From positions 13,020,001 to 13,084,000 of the forward strand of contig CM102290.1 of NCBI GenBank assembly GCA_046563655.1: a stretch of 64,000 nucleotides of DNA. Direction: 5' to 3'. A program made the translations under genes and the position numbers. Positions within the stretch are counted from its first letter, which is position 1. The number at the start of each line of letters is the position of its first letter. This document shows positions 37,622 through 56,560 of the stretch, piece by piece. The DNA is from Yuukianura sp. NJ FZ-2021. Lineage: Eukaryota. The notes beneath the pieces were generated by a model. That model saw only the letters and a list, made by a program, of their open reading frames with translations. It had not been told where the DNA came from and made no database searches.

Positions 37622-38437
37622 TGTACCGCAGTAGCGAATGTTCAATGGCACTGTGTAAACTTTATGAAACTTCGCAGAGTTTCAGGAAGTTAAGAGTTGA
37701 CCTTGACCTGCGTCTGTATACACCTACAAACAAAATGTTACATTTGTTATTTTGAGATTTCAGTGCTATATAGCACAGGTTCTCTGAAAATCTCTATTAA
37801 ATTATAGATGTGGATGTGGATGTGCGCGTAGATGTGGAAGCTGACGTTTCTTAACTAAATTTCACCAACATACATTAGGTTAAGATAAAATCATGATCTT
37901 TGCTGGGTGTTTTACATGTAGATAGATGACTTGAATGTTGAGCCATTTCTGAAAAAATTACCGCTGACGTCGCGTCGGCCAGCCAGATGGACAACGTGAA
38001 TGGATAAAGTAGCTTTCGCCAATTAATTAAAACTGCCCTAAACTTTTTAACTTAAATCGCTACAAAGCTCTTTGTAGTAGGTACATGGTACCTATTCCGT
38101 TAAATTTAGTACGTTAGTGCTTAGTTTGCTTTAACTTTACATAGACTCTAAGGTCAAAGGTCGTTAAAAGTAATGTCCTGAATTTTATTAAACGTTCTTC
38201 CGAATCATATGAATTCCATCGCTGACCAGTTTTATTTTAAAATTGAATGTGTGTAACAGAAAAACTAATGTGAAACAAATTTTTAACGTTACATTAAAAT
38301 GATGATAAATTTTAAGTCAAAGTTATGGAATTTTTTTTGTCTTTGTCTCACATCCGATATAACCCATGTAAATTTTTCCTTAGAAAAATATACTTTACTG
38401 TGGTAACATTCCTTTGCATAAAACGAGTAACCTCGAT

Positions 38438-38512
38438 AAATTGTAAATTTGTAAATTTGTAAGACTGTAAATTTGTAAATTGTAAATTTGTAAGTTTGTA
38501 AATTTGTAAAAT
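38438..38512. repeat. Short 8-9-bp tandem repeat (tttgtaaa)n
   Basis: aaattgtaaatttgtaaatttgtaagactgtaaatttgtaaattgtaaatttgtaag... Confidence 0.85.
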
Positions 38513-39680
38513 GTTATCCTCCACGATTATGAATGTTGAGGGGAGTGGGAATGTTCATAGTAGAAATGCTCTAGTCACAAGAAACTTTGGTATTTATCTT
38601 TAACCGCTAATTCTCTCAACATTCTTACCGCTACACTCAAAGCTATGCATAGAGTTTTACTTACAACTGAAGTTGAGTAGATCCCATCGTCAAACTATTT
38701 CACTTTGTAGAATTTGACTGTTGACTAATTCTCATTGTAAACTGGTGGATTGTAACTAATGGTAACCATTGGTTACAAGTGACTGGCGAACTTGCAGTTT
38801 AACGCACATTCCACTCGACTGTAATAAGTTTCTTGATAAATTTCAACTCTTCAACGTGAATCTCTGCTAAGGAACGGAGATTCATATTCCGGAAGAACAG
38901 ATTCCGTATGATTGCAGCGGTGGACTAAGTTTCTTGATGACTGCAGTTATACACGGAGGTTCACAGATTAAGTCGGAAGTACTTGACTAAAGGAGTGCAG
39001 AGTATTGAGTAGCACTGCGTCCGTTGAATTACAACACGTCTCCTTGATTATATCGGGAGAGTCAAAATGGTTCTATTGATCGATGTCTGGTAATTGGGCA
39101 GAGGTCCGTGAATGGTGAAACTACAGAGAAATACTTAAGAGAGAAAGAGGGGCCCTTCCAATGCCCTTTCCCGGCTTATAGCCCTCAATTCCAATGACTT
39201 GGACTGTTAGGACTCTCCACCATTTCAATGTTAGCTCAACCAGGTTCTCTGTGCCTGATTTCTTGAAAAATTAGGCTCGGAGAATATTGGACCCATTGGA
39301 GTGGGAATGAGAGCAGCAGCGACGACCAAGTCCGGAATCGTCGTAACTCGCTCTTTGAAAAACGCCTAAAACTTCGTAGGGAGCCGAATGACGCATAATG
39401 GACCCTGGTATACTCACAATCCTAAGATCCGAATCACTCTCGGCATCAAAAGCCGAGGTGAGAAAGCGAGAGATGCAAGGGGAGGGAAAGGGAGGCAGTG
39501 CAGATCTAAAAATTCAATGAACTTCGTCACTCTCCAAGAGAAAGTACACGTATAGCACGGATCTACTTTCTCGGGGTGGCTCAATCCCTTGGCGCCTGCG
39601 TACATTACACTTCCGCTGTGTTCCATGTCACACTTCTGGAGTTCCTGACCATGGGTATTGCATGCCGTAGTCGTTACTTC

Positions 39681-39903
39681 CAAGGTTGCCATAGCAACCA
39701 ATCTACAACCAGTCTACAACAGGTTGTCCAGTACCTCAGGGTTTCAAAAAATCTTACTTCAAATAATTTTCTACACCAATCCCATTTACATTACATCCAA
39801 AAAATTAACCATAGAAAGGCAGAATTTTTCCTTCAAACAAACAAAACTTCCCATTACCGGGCAACATGGTGTAGAAAAAGTTTTTTTTTGTTTACGAACC
39901 TTG
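39681..39903. mobile_element. MITE, CAAGGTT...AACCTTG family
   Basis: Termini caaggtt/aaccttg. 8-bp TSD gttacttc/gctacttc (7/8). Interior similar to the 19288 copy. Confidence 0.88.
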
Positions 39904-40833
39904 GCTACTTCTGCATAAAGTCATGCACTGTATGCAGGAATAAGGGGGCCCTACGGTTTTCTCGATTCACCCCAATACGAAAAAGGCTTTTTAAAAGAAT
40001 AATTTGACGCTTTTGTGTTAATGTAACTCTTTGAACATTAGGAATCAAAGTATATTGTGCAAAAACATAAGCAATACGTTTGGTAGCAAGGATTTTTTGA
40101 ATTTAGTGAGCTGGATTCAGTTCCGTTTACAATTTAGGATTGGCTTGTACTGCATTTCTTTGCGCAGGATTACTAAAACAGGAGATGAAACTCGATTAAT
40201 AACTTATTGTTACGTAAAATTCTTAGGCTATTTAGTAAAAATTTATTTATTGTACATTTAGACATTTTTTTTAATTCAAACTTACTTAGTATTTAATAGA
40301 GAACAGAATTTATTTACTTTTATCCTCCATAAAAATGATTTACTCTAACGAGTATTTTCTTTGTAGATATGAACACTGGAAATTTCTGTGTCCATTTTGA
40401 TAGTCGGTTATTAGCTAATTTTAGATGTGTGCACAATTTTAGATCTGTTACAAATTTTCTTCCTAATGCGCGAGTACTCGTCCAAGCGCTAAATTTTAGT
40501 TTTATTCAAAACGACGAAAAATGATAACTATTCGGAAACTATTTTTATCACGGTTTGACTAGTACTTGGCACATTTTTAATACTGCAACACGGTATCTAC
40601 ATTACCAATGAAACCTAACACAATCTTTCAAAAAACCCAACCTACGCCTCAATAAGGTTCAGCTCCACTGTTGCCAACTTGTTCAATTCGCGCTTATTGT
40701 TTTCGCGCCAATGACCTGCTAAGTCTGTTGCTATTTGTGTCTAAATTGGAAATTGTAAAAGATCTACAAAGTTGTCAACGTTTGGCACTATAATAGAGAA
40801 ATGCGATGAATAAATTCTTGGAACGTTTAAATC

Positions 40834-41564
40834 TCAGCATTGGAAGCGCAGAATACGATTAATCTCCAGCAAAAGAAGTACCAAAAGTCCAGCAAAAGCA
40901 CCCGAACTAAGCGTATTTGAAGTAGCAAAGTTGCACCCATCAGTGGCGCAAGTAAGAATCCAGCCTTTGAACTTTTCGTTTGCAAGCTTAAAGTCCCCGT
41001 ACTGTGTGTCCATATTTTCTAATACACAGCGCCTTATAGTAACGGTTTCGCCAGTTTCATCTGTGGAAAAACGAGAACAGTTTTATAACATAAGAAATGA
41101 ATCAAGTCGTTCCAGTAGTTTCCGACATTCTCACATTTCAACCAGACAGACAGAAATAAATTCGATTAGCTTTCGGTACTTAAGGACCTTCGTTTATATT
41201 TGAGTTAGCTGCGACTTACATGAGTAACCCACAAGCTTAATACAAAAATGTGCTGGAAACTCTCCTCCACGGTTCTTTTTAGGAACTTTGCATTTTTCTA
41301 CGTAAGACGCAGTAGTGGCGTTGAACGGGTCTTCACAATCAGTATTGGAGGAGTTTCTAGAAGAGCACATGAAGCAGCCAATCATTCCATGGCACCCTAA
41401 AAATTAAAAATTTCGCCTTTGTTACACTAATTGTCCGGCATGCAAATTTTTAGATATTGCAAAGTTGTAATTTGCAATTTTTGCAACTCACCTTCAGGAA
41501 CTGAAACAATTAAAAATGTGCCGATGAGGATTATGACTTCCATCATTTTCCATTGTTTACCCAT
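40834..41564 (-). CDS. Ly6/uPAR three-finger (quiver/sleepless-like) GPI-anchored protein, 3 exons
   Basis: Signal peptide MEVIILIGTFLIVSVPEG. IGCFMCSSRN..CEDPF..CKVPK..FPAHFCIKLVG..TIRRC..ILTCATDGCN. Hydrophobic GPI-type tail. Confidence 0.88.
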
Positions 41565-41973
41565 TTCGCCAAGTAAAAAGCAAAAGTGCAGGGATTGGCA
41601 CAAACCTCAAACGATATGCATTTAGCCTATTTTTAATATGTTTTTAAATTAATATTTATATTTATAATAAAATAAATCAATTTAATTTGGAATAAAATAA
41701 TGTTACCTTTTGTGTTTTCACCTCCCACCCCTCTTTGAATTGAGTCTCTGCGATTTAGCCTACCAGATGAAGATGAAATTGCTAAAAAGTGGTAGAAAGT
41801 GGCAGAATTCAGGGAGTTGGCGCAGAAAAGTTTTCACGACGGCAAGAAGTTGCCTTCCGAAGGAATTCGCGGTGTTGTCGTATGTTTTCGCTTTCCAGTC
41901 CGGACAAAAGAGGCGCCAAATGCAATTTTGGTGTGGCAGTGCTATCCGTATGAAGTAAAATGGTCGAAAGAAT

Positions 41974-42110
41974 GTGGTCAAAAAGTGAAAAAGTCAACTT
42001 ATAGAAATACAGTAGTAGTAGTGGTAGACTAATGTAGCAGGTTTTATTTTCTTTTATCTTTTCACTTTTTGACCTTTTCAATTTGTGACCAAATTGTTTT
42101 TGACCATATT
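41974..42110. repeat. Imperfect inverted repeat (MITE-like) between the divergent Ly6 and ALAS genes
   Basis: ggtcaaaaagtgaaaa pairs with ttttcactttttgacc and tttttgacca. Confidence 0.45.
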
Positions 42111-42836
42111 ACATCGAACCAGGCTGTCGGACGAAAGTGACAACAAAAGCGCGTCTACTGAAATGTTTTACAGTGGATTCGCAGCAACATGCGTTTTGAT
42201 TTGTGTTAAAAAATATTATATTTTAATTAATACAATACGTTAAAAATCATATTAAAAGCTTTAGAACTAAATCATACAATTTCAACCAACGATGGGCTAC
42301 GTGCTATGTGAGATGACATGGTGACCTTCCTTGCGCTCCTTTCTCATTTGCGTCATTATGCACACAAAACATAAGTTGCGAAGGATAAATATTGGCAATG
42401 GAGTCATAAAATTACAATTAATTGACAATTGTGCCTAATAATTGCCAATTGTACTAAATTCTAACTACGAGATGGGGCGGAATAATTCTCTGACAACTGA
42501 GAGATGACGTACTTTTCACTTTTTGAGAGGTCGACTTTAGAAAACAGGATTTTACAAGGCTAAATTCTGAAGTGGGGGAACAACTGTAATAGAAGAGTAG
42601 AAAATACAAGAACAATTGAAATTGACACATCCCTGTCTGTCCCACTTTGGAGGATTCTCGAAGTAAAGGAGGAAAACCAGTCGTAAACGAACCTTGTTCA
42701 GTTGGTAAGATAAAGCAATCAGTTTCATTTGAGCTTTGGGTGAATTCATACGGTCGATTAATCCTCGAAGTTTGCTTTCTCATCCCTACTGAACTCAATT
42801 AATTTCGTAACTTCGTTCTGCAGGTACCGATCCGAG

Positions 42837-45064
42837 ATGCCGTGTCCATTCATCACTCGTCTTCCCACTGCTTTCGTTCGGAACTACGGTCCGAACTTGT
42901 TCAAGTTCTACGCTGATCAATGTCCCGTCATGGGAAGAGTCTTGTCAACATTGCCCCAGCATAATGGTAAACCTGGCTGGATTGAATTTGAACAATTTTG
43001 TTGTCGTAATGTCTAATTCGAACTTTTATGTCAACAGTTGACTCGACATTGGCTCAGCCGTCTTCCGCAAGTAAATGTCCATTCCTAGCTTCGGCTGAAG
43101 CAACCGGTTTGATGAAGGAAGCCAGTCAGGAAGTCAAAAATGACCTGATTGAAGTCGATGCTGTGACATCATCAGCGCCGCACTTTCCATATGAGAGATT
43201 CTTCAATGAGCAAATCATTCGCAAGAAGAATGACCACTCTTACCGGATCTTCAAGAAAGTGAATCGATTGGCTGCGGATTTTCCCAAAGCGCAAGAATTC
43301 AGTTGGGGAGAGAGGCCAATCACGGTTTGGTGCTCAAATGATTATCTCGGAATGTCGTGTCATCCGCGTGTCAAGGATGCCGTAAGGTAGGAGACTAGTG
43401 TAATCCAAACTCCAAAAGTAATGCGAAAGTTAAGGATGCCTATGATTAGTTTAGTATTATGAGACCAACGAGAGCCATGTTAAAATGAGCAGTTTGACCT
43501 TACGATTTCATTTTTCAGGCAAGCATTGGAACAATACGGAGCCGGTGCTGGTGGGACGAGAAACATTTCTGGAAATTCTCTAAATCACGAAACTTTGGAA
43601 GCCGAACTGGCCTCTTTGCATCAGAAGCCCTCGGCATTGCTGTTCACGTCTTGCTACGTTGCTAATGACTCTACATTATTCACTCTCGCCAAACTCCTCC
43701 CAGGTAATACTTTTTCATTATTCATTACCTATTATCAGTGAAGGTGAGTTGAAGGTGAGTGGAGATCACTTGAAACTGAACCATGTTAGCACGAGATGAG
43801 TATGACCAGTTGTCATTGACAACTTCATTTAAGCGTATGATCAACCTAGTTTATGTGTTTCCTCAGGGTGCCATATTTTTTCTGATGCTGGGAATCATGC
43901 CTCAATGATACAAGGGATCCGGAACAGCGGTGTCCCGAAACACATATTCCGGCACAACGACCCCGTCCATTTAGAAGAGTTGCTCAGAAATGTTGACAGT
44001 CGGGTTCCAAAGATTGTGGCTTTTGAGACGGTTCATTCTATGACGGGAGCAGTCTGTCCTCTCAAGGAACTCTGCGAAGTTGCCCACAAGTATGGAGCTA
44101 TTACGTACATCGATGAAGTGCATGCAGTTGGTCTTTATGGTGATCATGGTGCTGGAATTGGAGAGCGAGAAGGACTACTGGATCAAATGGACATCATATC
44201 CGGAACTCTAGGTTCAGCTTAACTCAACTGAAATTGATTACCTTTTGCTATGGGTTTGGTATAAACGTGTTCGTTTGCTTGTAGGAAAAGCGTTTGGAAA
44301 CATTGGAGGTTACATTGCTGGCAGTACATCGCTTGTTGACATGGTCCGGAGCTACGCCGCTGGATTCATCTTTACCACGTCTTTGCCACCGACCGTTTTA
44401 TGTGGCGCTTTAGCCTCCGTTCGAATCTTGAAAACCGAAGAGGGCCGTAAACTTCGGGCCAAGCATCAACACAATGTTCGGTACCTCAGGCAGAAGTTGA
44501 TGAATTCTGGAATTTCTGTGGAACACACTCCTTCGCATATCATTCCCGTTTTTGTAAGTTTCGCCATCCTAAACTAAACTTATAGAGATCATAGTAATTA
44601 CGATGATTGTTGATTGATTTGTGTAGATCGGAAACCCGTCATTGAGTGCCCAAGTATCGGATGTGCTGATGAGAGAGAAGGGACACTACGTCCAAGCAAT
44701 TAACTACCCCACGGTGCCAAGAGGCGAGGAAAAACTTCGTATTGCTCCAACTCCGCATCATACTGAGGAGATGATCGACAGATTCGTGGCGGATTTGCTC
44801 GAGGTTTGGGTTGGATTAGGAATCCCGTTACGGAAACAACCATGCAAAAACGTAAGTTTTACGATTCTCGACTTTAGCAAAGCGGATAATGCTGAAGACA
44901 GTGCTGACTTTAAACGTTTGTGATTGGTGTATTAGGAATGCACGTTTTGCAAGAAGCCGGTGTATTTTGACCAACTAGAGGCTCGTACTAAGACGACCTT
45001 GACAAGCATGTTGGCAACTGCCTGTGGTCTGCCTAACTGTCCACAAGTGGCCGTTTCTGCCTGA
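42837..45064 (+). CDS. ALAS: 5-aminolevulinate synthase (mitochondrial), multi-exon
   Basis: MPCPF, QCPVM and KCPF heme-regulatory CP motifs. [78 protein letters not shown] (PLP lysine), [14 protein letters not shown]-terminal CTFC. Confidence 0.97.
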
Positions 45065-45363
45065 GAATCCTGGAATCCACCGTACCAAATGAAAACTGAA
45101 CCGAAATTTATCCTTTAAACAACGTAAAATTACTAACTAAAAAGAATAATTGGAATGTGGAATCCGGTTTTCCAGTAAATGCTTGTGATAAAAGTGGAGA
45201 TTTTATATATTACGACGTGAAGCTTGTGATGTTTACCTTATAATTAATTTTCTCTGAACTTAAATCAGTTTTGACGGATTTGGAACTGTGATTTGGAAGT
45301 TCCACATACTTAGTGTGAGTAGTTCGTGGTTGTTTGTATGACCGCTTAGGTTCACACAAAAAA

Positions 45364-46681
45364 TCATCCCATGGCGTACATGCGGGTCCATTCCCTGGCA
45401 TGGCGAATTGCCTCTTGCTCATTTAGCTTCCATAGTTCAGCTACATCATTAGCCAGAGGATCATCCGGGTTTGGAGCACTTAGGAGTGCTTGAATAGACA
45501 GAAGTACAGTTCTAATTTGCAATGCGGGGCTCCACTTGTCTGAAATACAACACAAATCCAAAGTCAGCGCCAATAGAACTGTAGCTGAGTTTCAAAATGA
45601 TTGAAGTTCGTTTATTGTTACCTTTGAGGATATCTAAGCAGATCCGGCCGAGCTTGTCGATATTTGGATGATAAATCTTCGTGATGAAACGAACTTTTGG
45701 CGCAGACATTGGATAGTCTTCTGGCAGAAACAACTCCAACTTGAAAACTCCTCCTTCAAATGGAGATCCCTCTGGACCTGGAAGAAAAATAAGACAATGT
45801 CATTGACAGGCTGATTAGAGTCGACAGATATACTGACAGGACACGGCATAAACTGTCCGCAATGCACCAACGAGTCAAACAGAGTTGAAGTTTCTCTATA
45901 GCCTACTTTTCCGATGCGATCATAAATATGGACGACCATAAGGTTTCTAAACATTGCTAACAACTTTGTATAAAAATAAAATGTGGGCGAATAAAACTAT
46001 GAGATAACGATGCCGAATGGATTTCTCAAGAGATGGACGTTGAACTTAAGTTTTATGAAATAGAGGAAATAACTAACTTAACGTAACAAGGTAGTTACGG
46101 AAGTATGTTTTGCAATGTAATAGTGAACCTGCGGTTTACACATCTTTACATTTGTTCACTTTCTTATGCAGAAAGTTACGTTCGTAAGATTAACATTGAG
46201 AACCGCTGGGTCAAATCAAATCCAACATGACGTATGCTATGATCAGGACACATTCATATCAAACCGTCCGTTCTACTCCCTATGTTTAATATAAGAATGC
46301 CCAGAAAACGTAATTTGGACGGGACAGGAAACCCCAACTCTAATTGAATTCGTTCCGTGCTTCGGCCCAATCCAACCGTTAAGTTTAGTACCTGTGACAA
46401 CCACATGGAAATAACGCGCGTTATTATCATCCGGAACAGCGCTGATCCCAGGAACAGGCTCCTGCATTAAGCGTTGAGTCTCCTATAAAATATTTAATAA
46501 TAAATTAGTGACAGTTGACATAACGGTATATCTATCTGATTCTGAAGAGTCAGCTGAGACAGGCATCACAAGGAAACTAATGTTAGAGTATTGGCAAAAA
46601 CGGTAATCTCTTAACGGGAAAACTATCAATCGATTAAAGTCAATTTACCTTTACAATTCGCCGAGGCAGAGCACCCGCCAT
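45364..46681 (-). CDS. UBE2N: Ubiquitin-conjugating enzyme E2 N (Ubc13/bendless), 4 exons
   Basis: [131 protein letters not shown]. Confidence 0.97.
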
Positions 46682-48960
46682 TACTCTGCAGAAGTTTAGA
46701 CTAGGTTCGACGTTATACCAAGAAAATTGTTTAGCTCTTGATTTATTTCTACTCTTCCATTCAGAGATCAACTTATCACCATCACCTCACGGTGCAGAAG
46801 TCGGCAGAACCTGCTCTCAAATGATTATGTTATTTCCCGATCATCTCAGCACCACAACTTTACATGCGCTTAAGTCCGATTGCGCATAAGCACAATTACT
46901 AGTTAATTTGTATACTGATAGGCCCGATTATTTACTGAGCATTTTGTAGTTAATTTTAAAAGCCAACACAAATTGCTTACCTGTCTGATATGTTTTCATA
47001 CGCTGGCGCAGTTAATTTTCCGACTAAACTTAGCATTTGTTTGAATAAGAAAAAGTCCCGACATCTGCAAGCGGTAAACCTTCTAATCATTACCTTTACC
47101 TGTAATGTCAAAAGTAAACACGCTATTTCTGTATGTGGTTGAGATACGGACGAAGCAACGCAATGTACCATCTAACACCAAAACATGTTATTGCTAGGTT
47201 AGGTTATTGTGAACAATTACTTATTGTGAACAATAATTATTGTTCAATTCAATTATTGAAGTCATGGTTTGTATTTGGTTAAAATTGAAAGTACTAAAAT
47301 TTATGGTCTTTGATGTTACCCAAGCATAATTTGCATCAAATCTTTCATTTTTTGGTAGAATTACTGGAGGATTCAAATTCCAGAATTGGAATTTAAATTA
47401 ACTTAAAATCATAAAGCATTAGGAGAGCAAATTTTGGCTGAATAAATTCTGAATTTGAGACGCAGTTGCGCTTGCGGTGCTATAATGAGCGCACTCTATG
47501 CGAAAATGGAGATCTACACTAAAGAACAGCCTTAGTTAGTATTGCAAAAATGCAACAAACAGGAACTGTGTTGAAAACGTTATAAGAAAGTAGCGAAAGG
47601 TGACGCTCAGAATAATTTTCTAAACATTTGGGCAAAAGCCATTACGAAAATTATTTCCTCACTCACATGCTGCTCATTTAGTTTCTATTAGTTAGACTCT
47701 AGTTGAATAATATAAAATTCCAAAACTTTCTTTAACTTGTGCTTTTTTTGCGAGATGACTTTACTTTCATCTCATTTGTCGAATTCGGGTAGCCATAAGT
47801 ATTACGCCATCGAAAAAAAAGGTTGCGATAAGAATGGCATCGGTGAAAAATATGAGTTTCGATGTGATAAAAATTTGATTTTTGTTGGGAAAGATTGAGG
47901 AATCACGTTTTCGCAAAATCATCTTCTACATTAGTACAATTTTGTCCGTTTATTTGATCACGACGAGTAAATAAGCTACTTTGTTTAAACAGAGATTTGT
48001 TGACAATCATCTTAAAATTAGACAAGCAAACAAGCTCGAGGCTAATTTGTTTATATTTGGAATTCTGATGAAAACGCCAAGGGAGTGTTGAAATCTAAGC
48101 CACAGTAAAGCCATTTCCAAAAGAAAGTAAAATTGAAACTTTCTCCTGCATCATACGTCCCTCTTGCTAAACCACAAATACATATGTTATAATTGCGTAA
48201 CTAAAAATTGACTTTCACTTCCAAGAAGACCGACTTTGTTCTACGGAATTCCACCCCCATATGACCTCATTCCAGCTCAGTTGAGATTTTGTGTAGTATG
48301 TCAAATGAAAAGTCAAGCCCATCCTATTCGATTTTTGGTCTTTTAGTTTCTCGTAAGGCAAGGCATTCTGCTTACTCCGAATCTTCACTAAACTTCTGAA
48401 TTTCACTCGGAACTTGTATATGCGCAAGTCCCTTGTACTACAGCACAAGATTAGTAGAGTGGCATGCATATGCCTAGCAAAATCGCTCCCTTGTCCAAAG
48501 ATCCAGCAGAGTCCTTTGTGCTGAAATGTGGACGTGAACGTGAGGCGAAGGCGATAGAAAAAGACTTGTCAAAAATAAATTTTAGAGACGAGGGAGCCAG
48601 TAAAGCTCTAAGCGAACAACTATAGTTGTTGACAATTTGACATTTAAGCACAATCTCCTCATTTGTCAACGCCATCAATTCAATCTTTTTAACAAACCTT
48701 AAGTTTTCAGAGTAACTGATTTGTGCATTTGAACTTGACTAGTTCAAAATCTCCATAGTTTCAAAATCAGCGCAGCCTCTGGAACCATACGAGTGAAACT
48801 ATTTTCAATTTTGGTCTTAAAACTATTCTGAGTCGTCGGTTCACAAAAGTTTAAGAAGTTGGAACTTTACGGTAACTATTTTGTGGTTTTATTGAGCAGA
48901 CTAATAAAAAGGAGGAACAATTTGTGTTGTGCAAAGTCAAGAATTAATGTTCCATTGATG

Positions 48961-53715
<4,755 letters not shown>

Positions 53716-55927
53716 AAGTTACCAAAAGGCTTCTACCACAAGACGCCGCAATCCGTAACAACCAATCACAGACGGACTTTCGATCCCATTCCACAGTTTG
53801 CTCTCTTTTCGCATTTCCAAAACATTGCTGTAGGAGGTTCTAATCCGACTAGGGTATTAGTTAGCTAAACCTCAATACCTTGTGACTCCATTTAATAACG
53901 GATATGCAAGAAGATCACTCATTTTTATCACTGAAACGCACTCTTCTTCTATTCTATTCCAGTATTGTGAGACAATGTTTCCAAAGGAATAAACATAAAG
54001 TCATGCTATTATGTTGGTTACAATTATAAATTATGCTTGTTCGCCTCAGGAAACAAAATAGCATGTTAAAATTATAATCATTAGGGATTGCTGCGCAATC
54101 CACCTAAGAAAGCTCTATCTTGAAAAATATCCAACAATTTAATAAAATAATATTCATTTGGACGATCACGAAATTTTTTGTAAAAAGTATTCGCACAAAG
54201 GTTTCTCGCCAAACATTTTTTCATAAGGAAATAAAAAAAAACTCAGGACCAAATTCAAACTTCTCATGCAAAAATAATTTTACAACGTAAAAGAAAATAC
54301 TCCAACCGATTGTAAATAATTAAAACTTAACTTTAATTCAATTCACAGGAATGATTTGGCCATAAACATGTTCGATCACGGAGATTGAACTTATAACTTA
54401 TTAAGTAGTGAAAGCTATTTATTGATTTGACCGTGTTTGTCCGTATGTCCCTCTGTATGAACATCTTGTTTCGGAAACCGCCACAAATTTCCGAGATCTG
54501 CTTTTACTAATGAGAGACGTTCACTATTGAGTATCATTCAGGTAGCTCAACTCCGGGTCAAAGGTCAAGGTCAACCTGTTTGATTCCCGGTAATACGGAA
54601 AATGACCTATACAAAAGTTGACCATTTCTCCGAGATCAACAATTTTTGTATAAATTGCGTGACCCCACGTGACCTCTTTCCGGGTCAAAGGTCAACAAAT
54701 TTTTTTTATCTTTCATAACGTATTACGGTTCACCTTGTTGTTCCCAGTCGTTCCCTAATGCAGCGCCATCTTTCGCTACTTTGATACATACTTTCGTGTA
54801 ACACTCCGGGTAATGACCGGTTTATTATTGAGCGGTAGTTGGGTGGCCATGACTTGCGCTTTCCCTCATTTCCAATAATACACCTTCGGAGTAGCTGCAG
54901 TAAGCGTCACAAAATGTGAAAGCATTTCCAACACGCAGTCTAGAGTAACTTTGTTGAAGGCTTTCTAATAGTTATTTGAAATGTTGCAAAGAATGTACGA
55001 TGGGACACCTCGAACCGACGTCGTCTCCAGGCAGAAGTTAAAAAAAAAGAAAATCACAGTATCCCGTGCTCTTTGTTGTTGTTTGGCGGAATAAATTTGG
55101 ATACGAACGGGAACATGCGATTTGTCAATTAAATATTTTTTGTATAGGAAAAAGCCTTTCGCTGACTAAAAGAGTTTCTTATGTTCATAAATGTTTGCCT
55201 TACGTTGTGATAACAGTTTAAATTACCTGGTATTACGCTTGGCATTGTGCGTGCAGAATTCTAATAGTAATTTTGCAGCTTTGCCGTGAGTGAGATCCGG
55301 AATAGAATTTTTAGGACTAACATGAGCTAAGATATACCTACAAAGAATAAATTCGGAATTGCAAAATTTCAAAAATTTAACAAAAGAAAAACGCTTCTTT
55401 CTTAAATCGATAGATCCGAAAAATCCTGGGTTCAGTTTCAAACTTTAAAAAAAAAATTTTTTTGGCTCATTTCACGTTTCTCAGTATAGTAAGTGTAAAA
55501 CAGTTTTAGAGGGGGCTGTGACAAAAAAAAACTTTCTCCAGAAATTTTAACTAAAAAAAGCATAAAGGTGAAGGGTTATTGTAACTTTTGCCACAAAGTG
55601 AGAATGTATCGGAGAAAGTTTTTTAGTTTTCAAAGGCTTTTTGGGGATCGTGGTTCCCCTGAATACATTTTTTTTCTAGTTTATAATTACAAGAGTATAG
55701 TCGTAGCTGACATTTAAAAGGCAATAGGAAACTCCCCTACTGACATTTAAAAATTACCATAGTGAAGAAAGTGGTTTTTGCTCCTGTACGGGCACAAGGT
55801 TCGGACGGTGGTGAAAGCCAGTGGAGCTGCCGAGCGACGCTCACAACTTTCACCACACACTTTTTTGTTGGTAGAAATTCATAAATACGCCCACGTTCCT
55901 CTATGTTGAAAGCTGAAACTTTGAAAG

Positions 55928-56194
55928 CAATGTTCCTTGACAACAAAAAGTTAATTTTCTTTAACAGGTTGGGTACTATCTCCCTGATTGACAAAAAGCA
56001 GGAAAAATAAACAAATAACTAGTATTAATTTAGTACCAATCCAAAAAATTGATACCAATTTGTATACAAAATTTAAAAAAATTACTTTATTGCCCGATGC
56101 CCTGAAATGAAAATGGAAATTTTTTAAGCAAAATCAAAAAAAAAACATTAGGTATTACCCGCCTTGTTAAAAAAATGAAAGTCGACAAACCTTG
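55928..56194. mobile_element. MITE, CAAGGTT family, exact 8-bp TSD
   Basis: tttgaaag|caatgttccttgacaac ... gacaaaccttg|tttgaaag. Confidence 0.88.
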
Positions 56195-56339
56195 TTTGAA
56201 AGTGTTGATCAAGTAAATTTTTTTTTTTCAATTTTTGAAAAAAGTGATCAATGTATGTGTTGCTTTGCTTTACCTTCACATGCATCTACGTAAAAACCAA
56301 ACTCTCTGTTATTTTTTTTCAGGTGAACTAATTAGCCGT

Positions 56340-56560
56340 AGCTTGGTGGTGTATTCAATTGTCGTCCCTCAAATTATATGGAAGTGGAGTAGGGTTTTTG
56401 GAATGGTGGTTCCCAACGTAAAGTATCCAGGTCTTTTTTCATCCGTTCCTGGCTTATAGCATGTCGTGCAGTGTGATTTCGAGATTCTCCATGCCAACAG
56501 AACAGTGGTGGGGCAGGATGGACATTACTATAGCAGACAGCTTTTCTCGTGTCATTAGTT
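56340..56560 (-). pseudogene. Possible decayed mariner-type transposase fragment
   Basis: ESRNHTAR..MKKDLDTLRWEPPFQKPYS..FEGRQLNT loosely parallels mariner HDNARPHTA..LEELGWEVLPHPPYSPDL..LxGxxF. Catalytic Asp residues are absent. Confidence 0.3.

Noticed and set aside
42160..42836. Iron-responsive element in the ALAS 5' region
   Set aside because: A cagtgg at ~42171 lacks the 5-bp upper stem and C-bulge. No convincing IRE seen.
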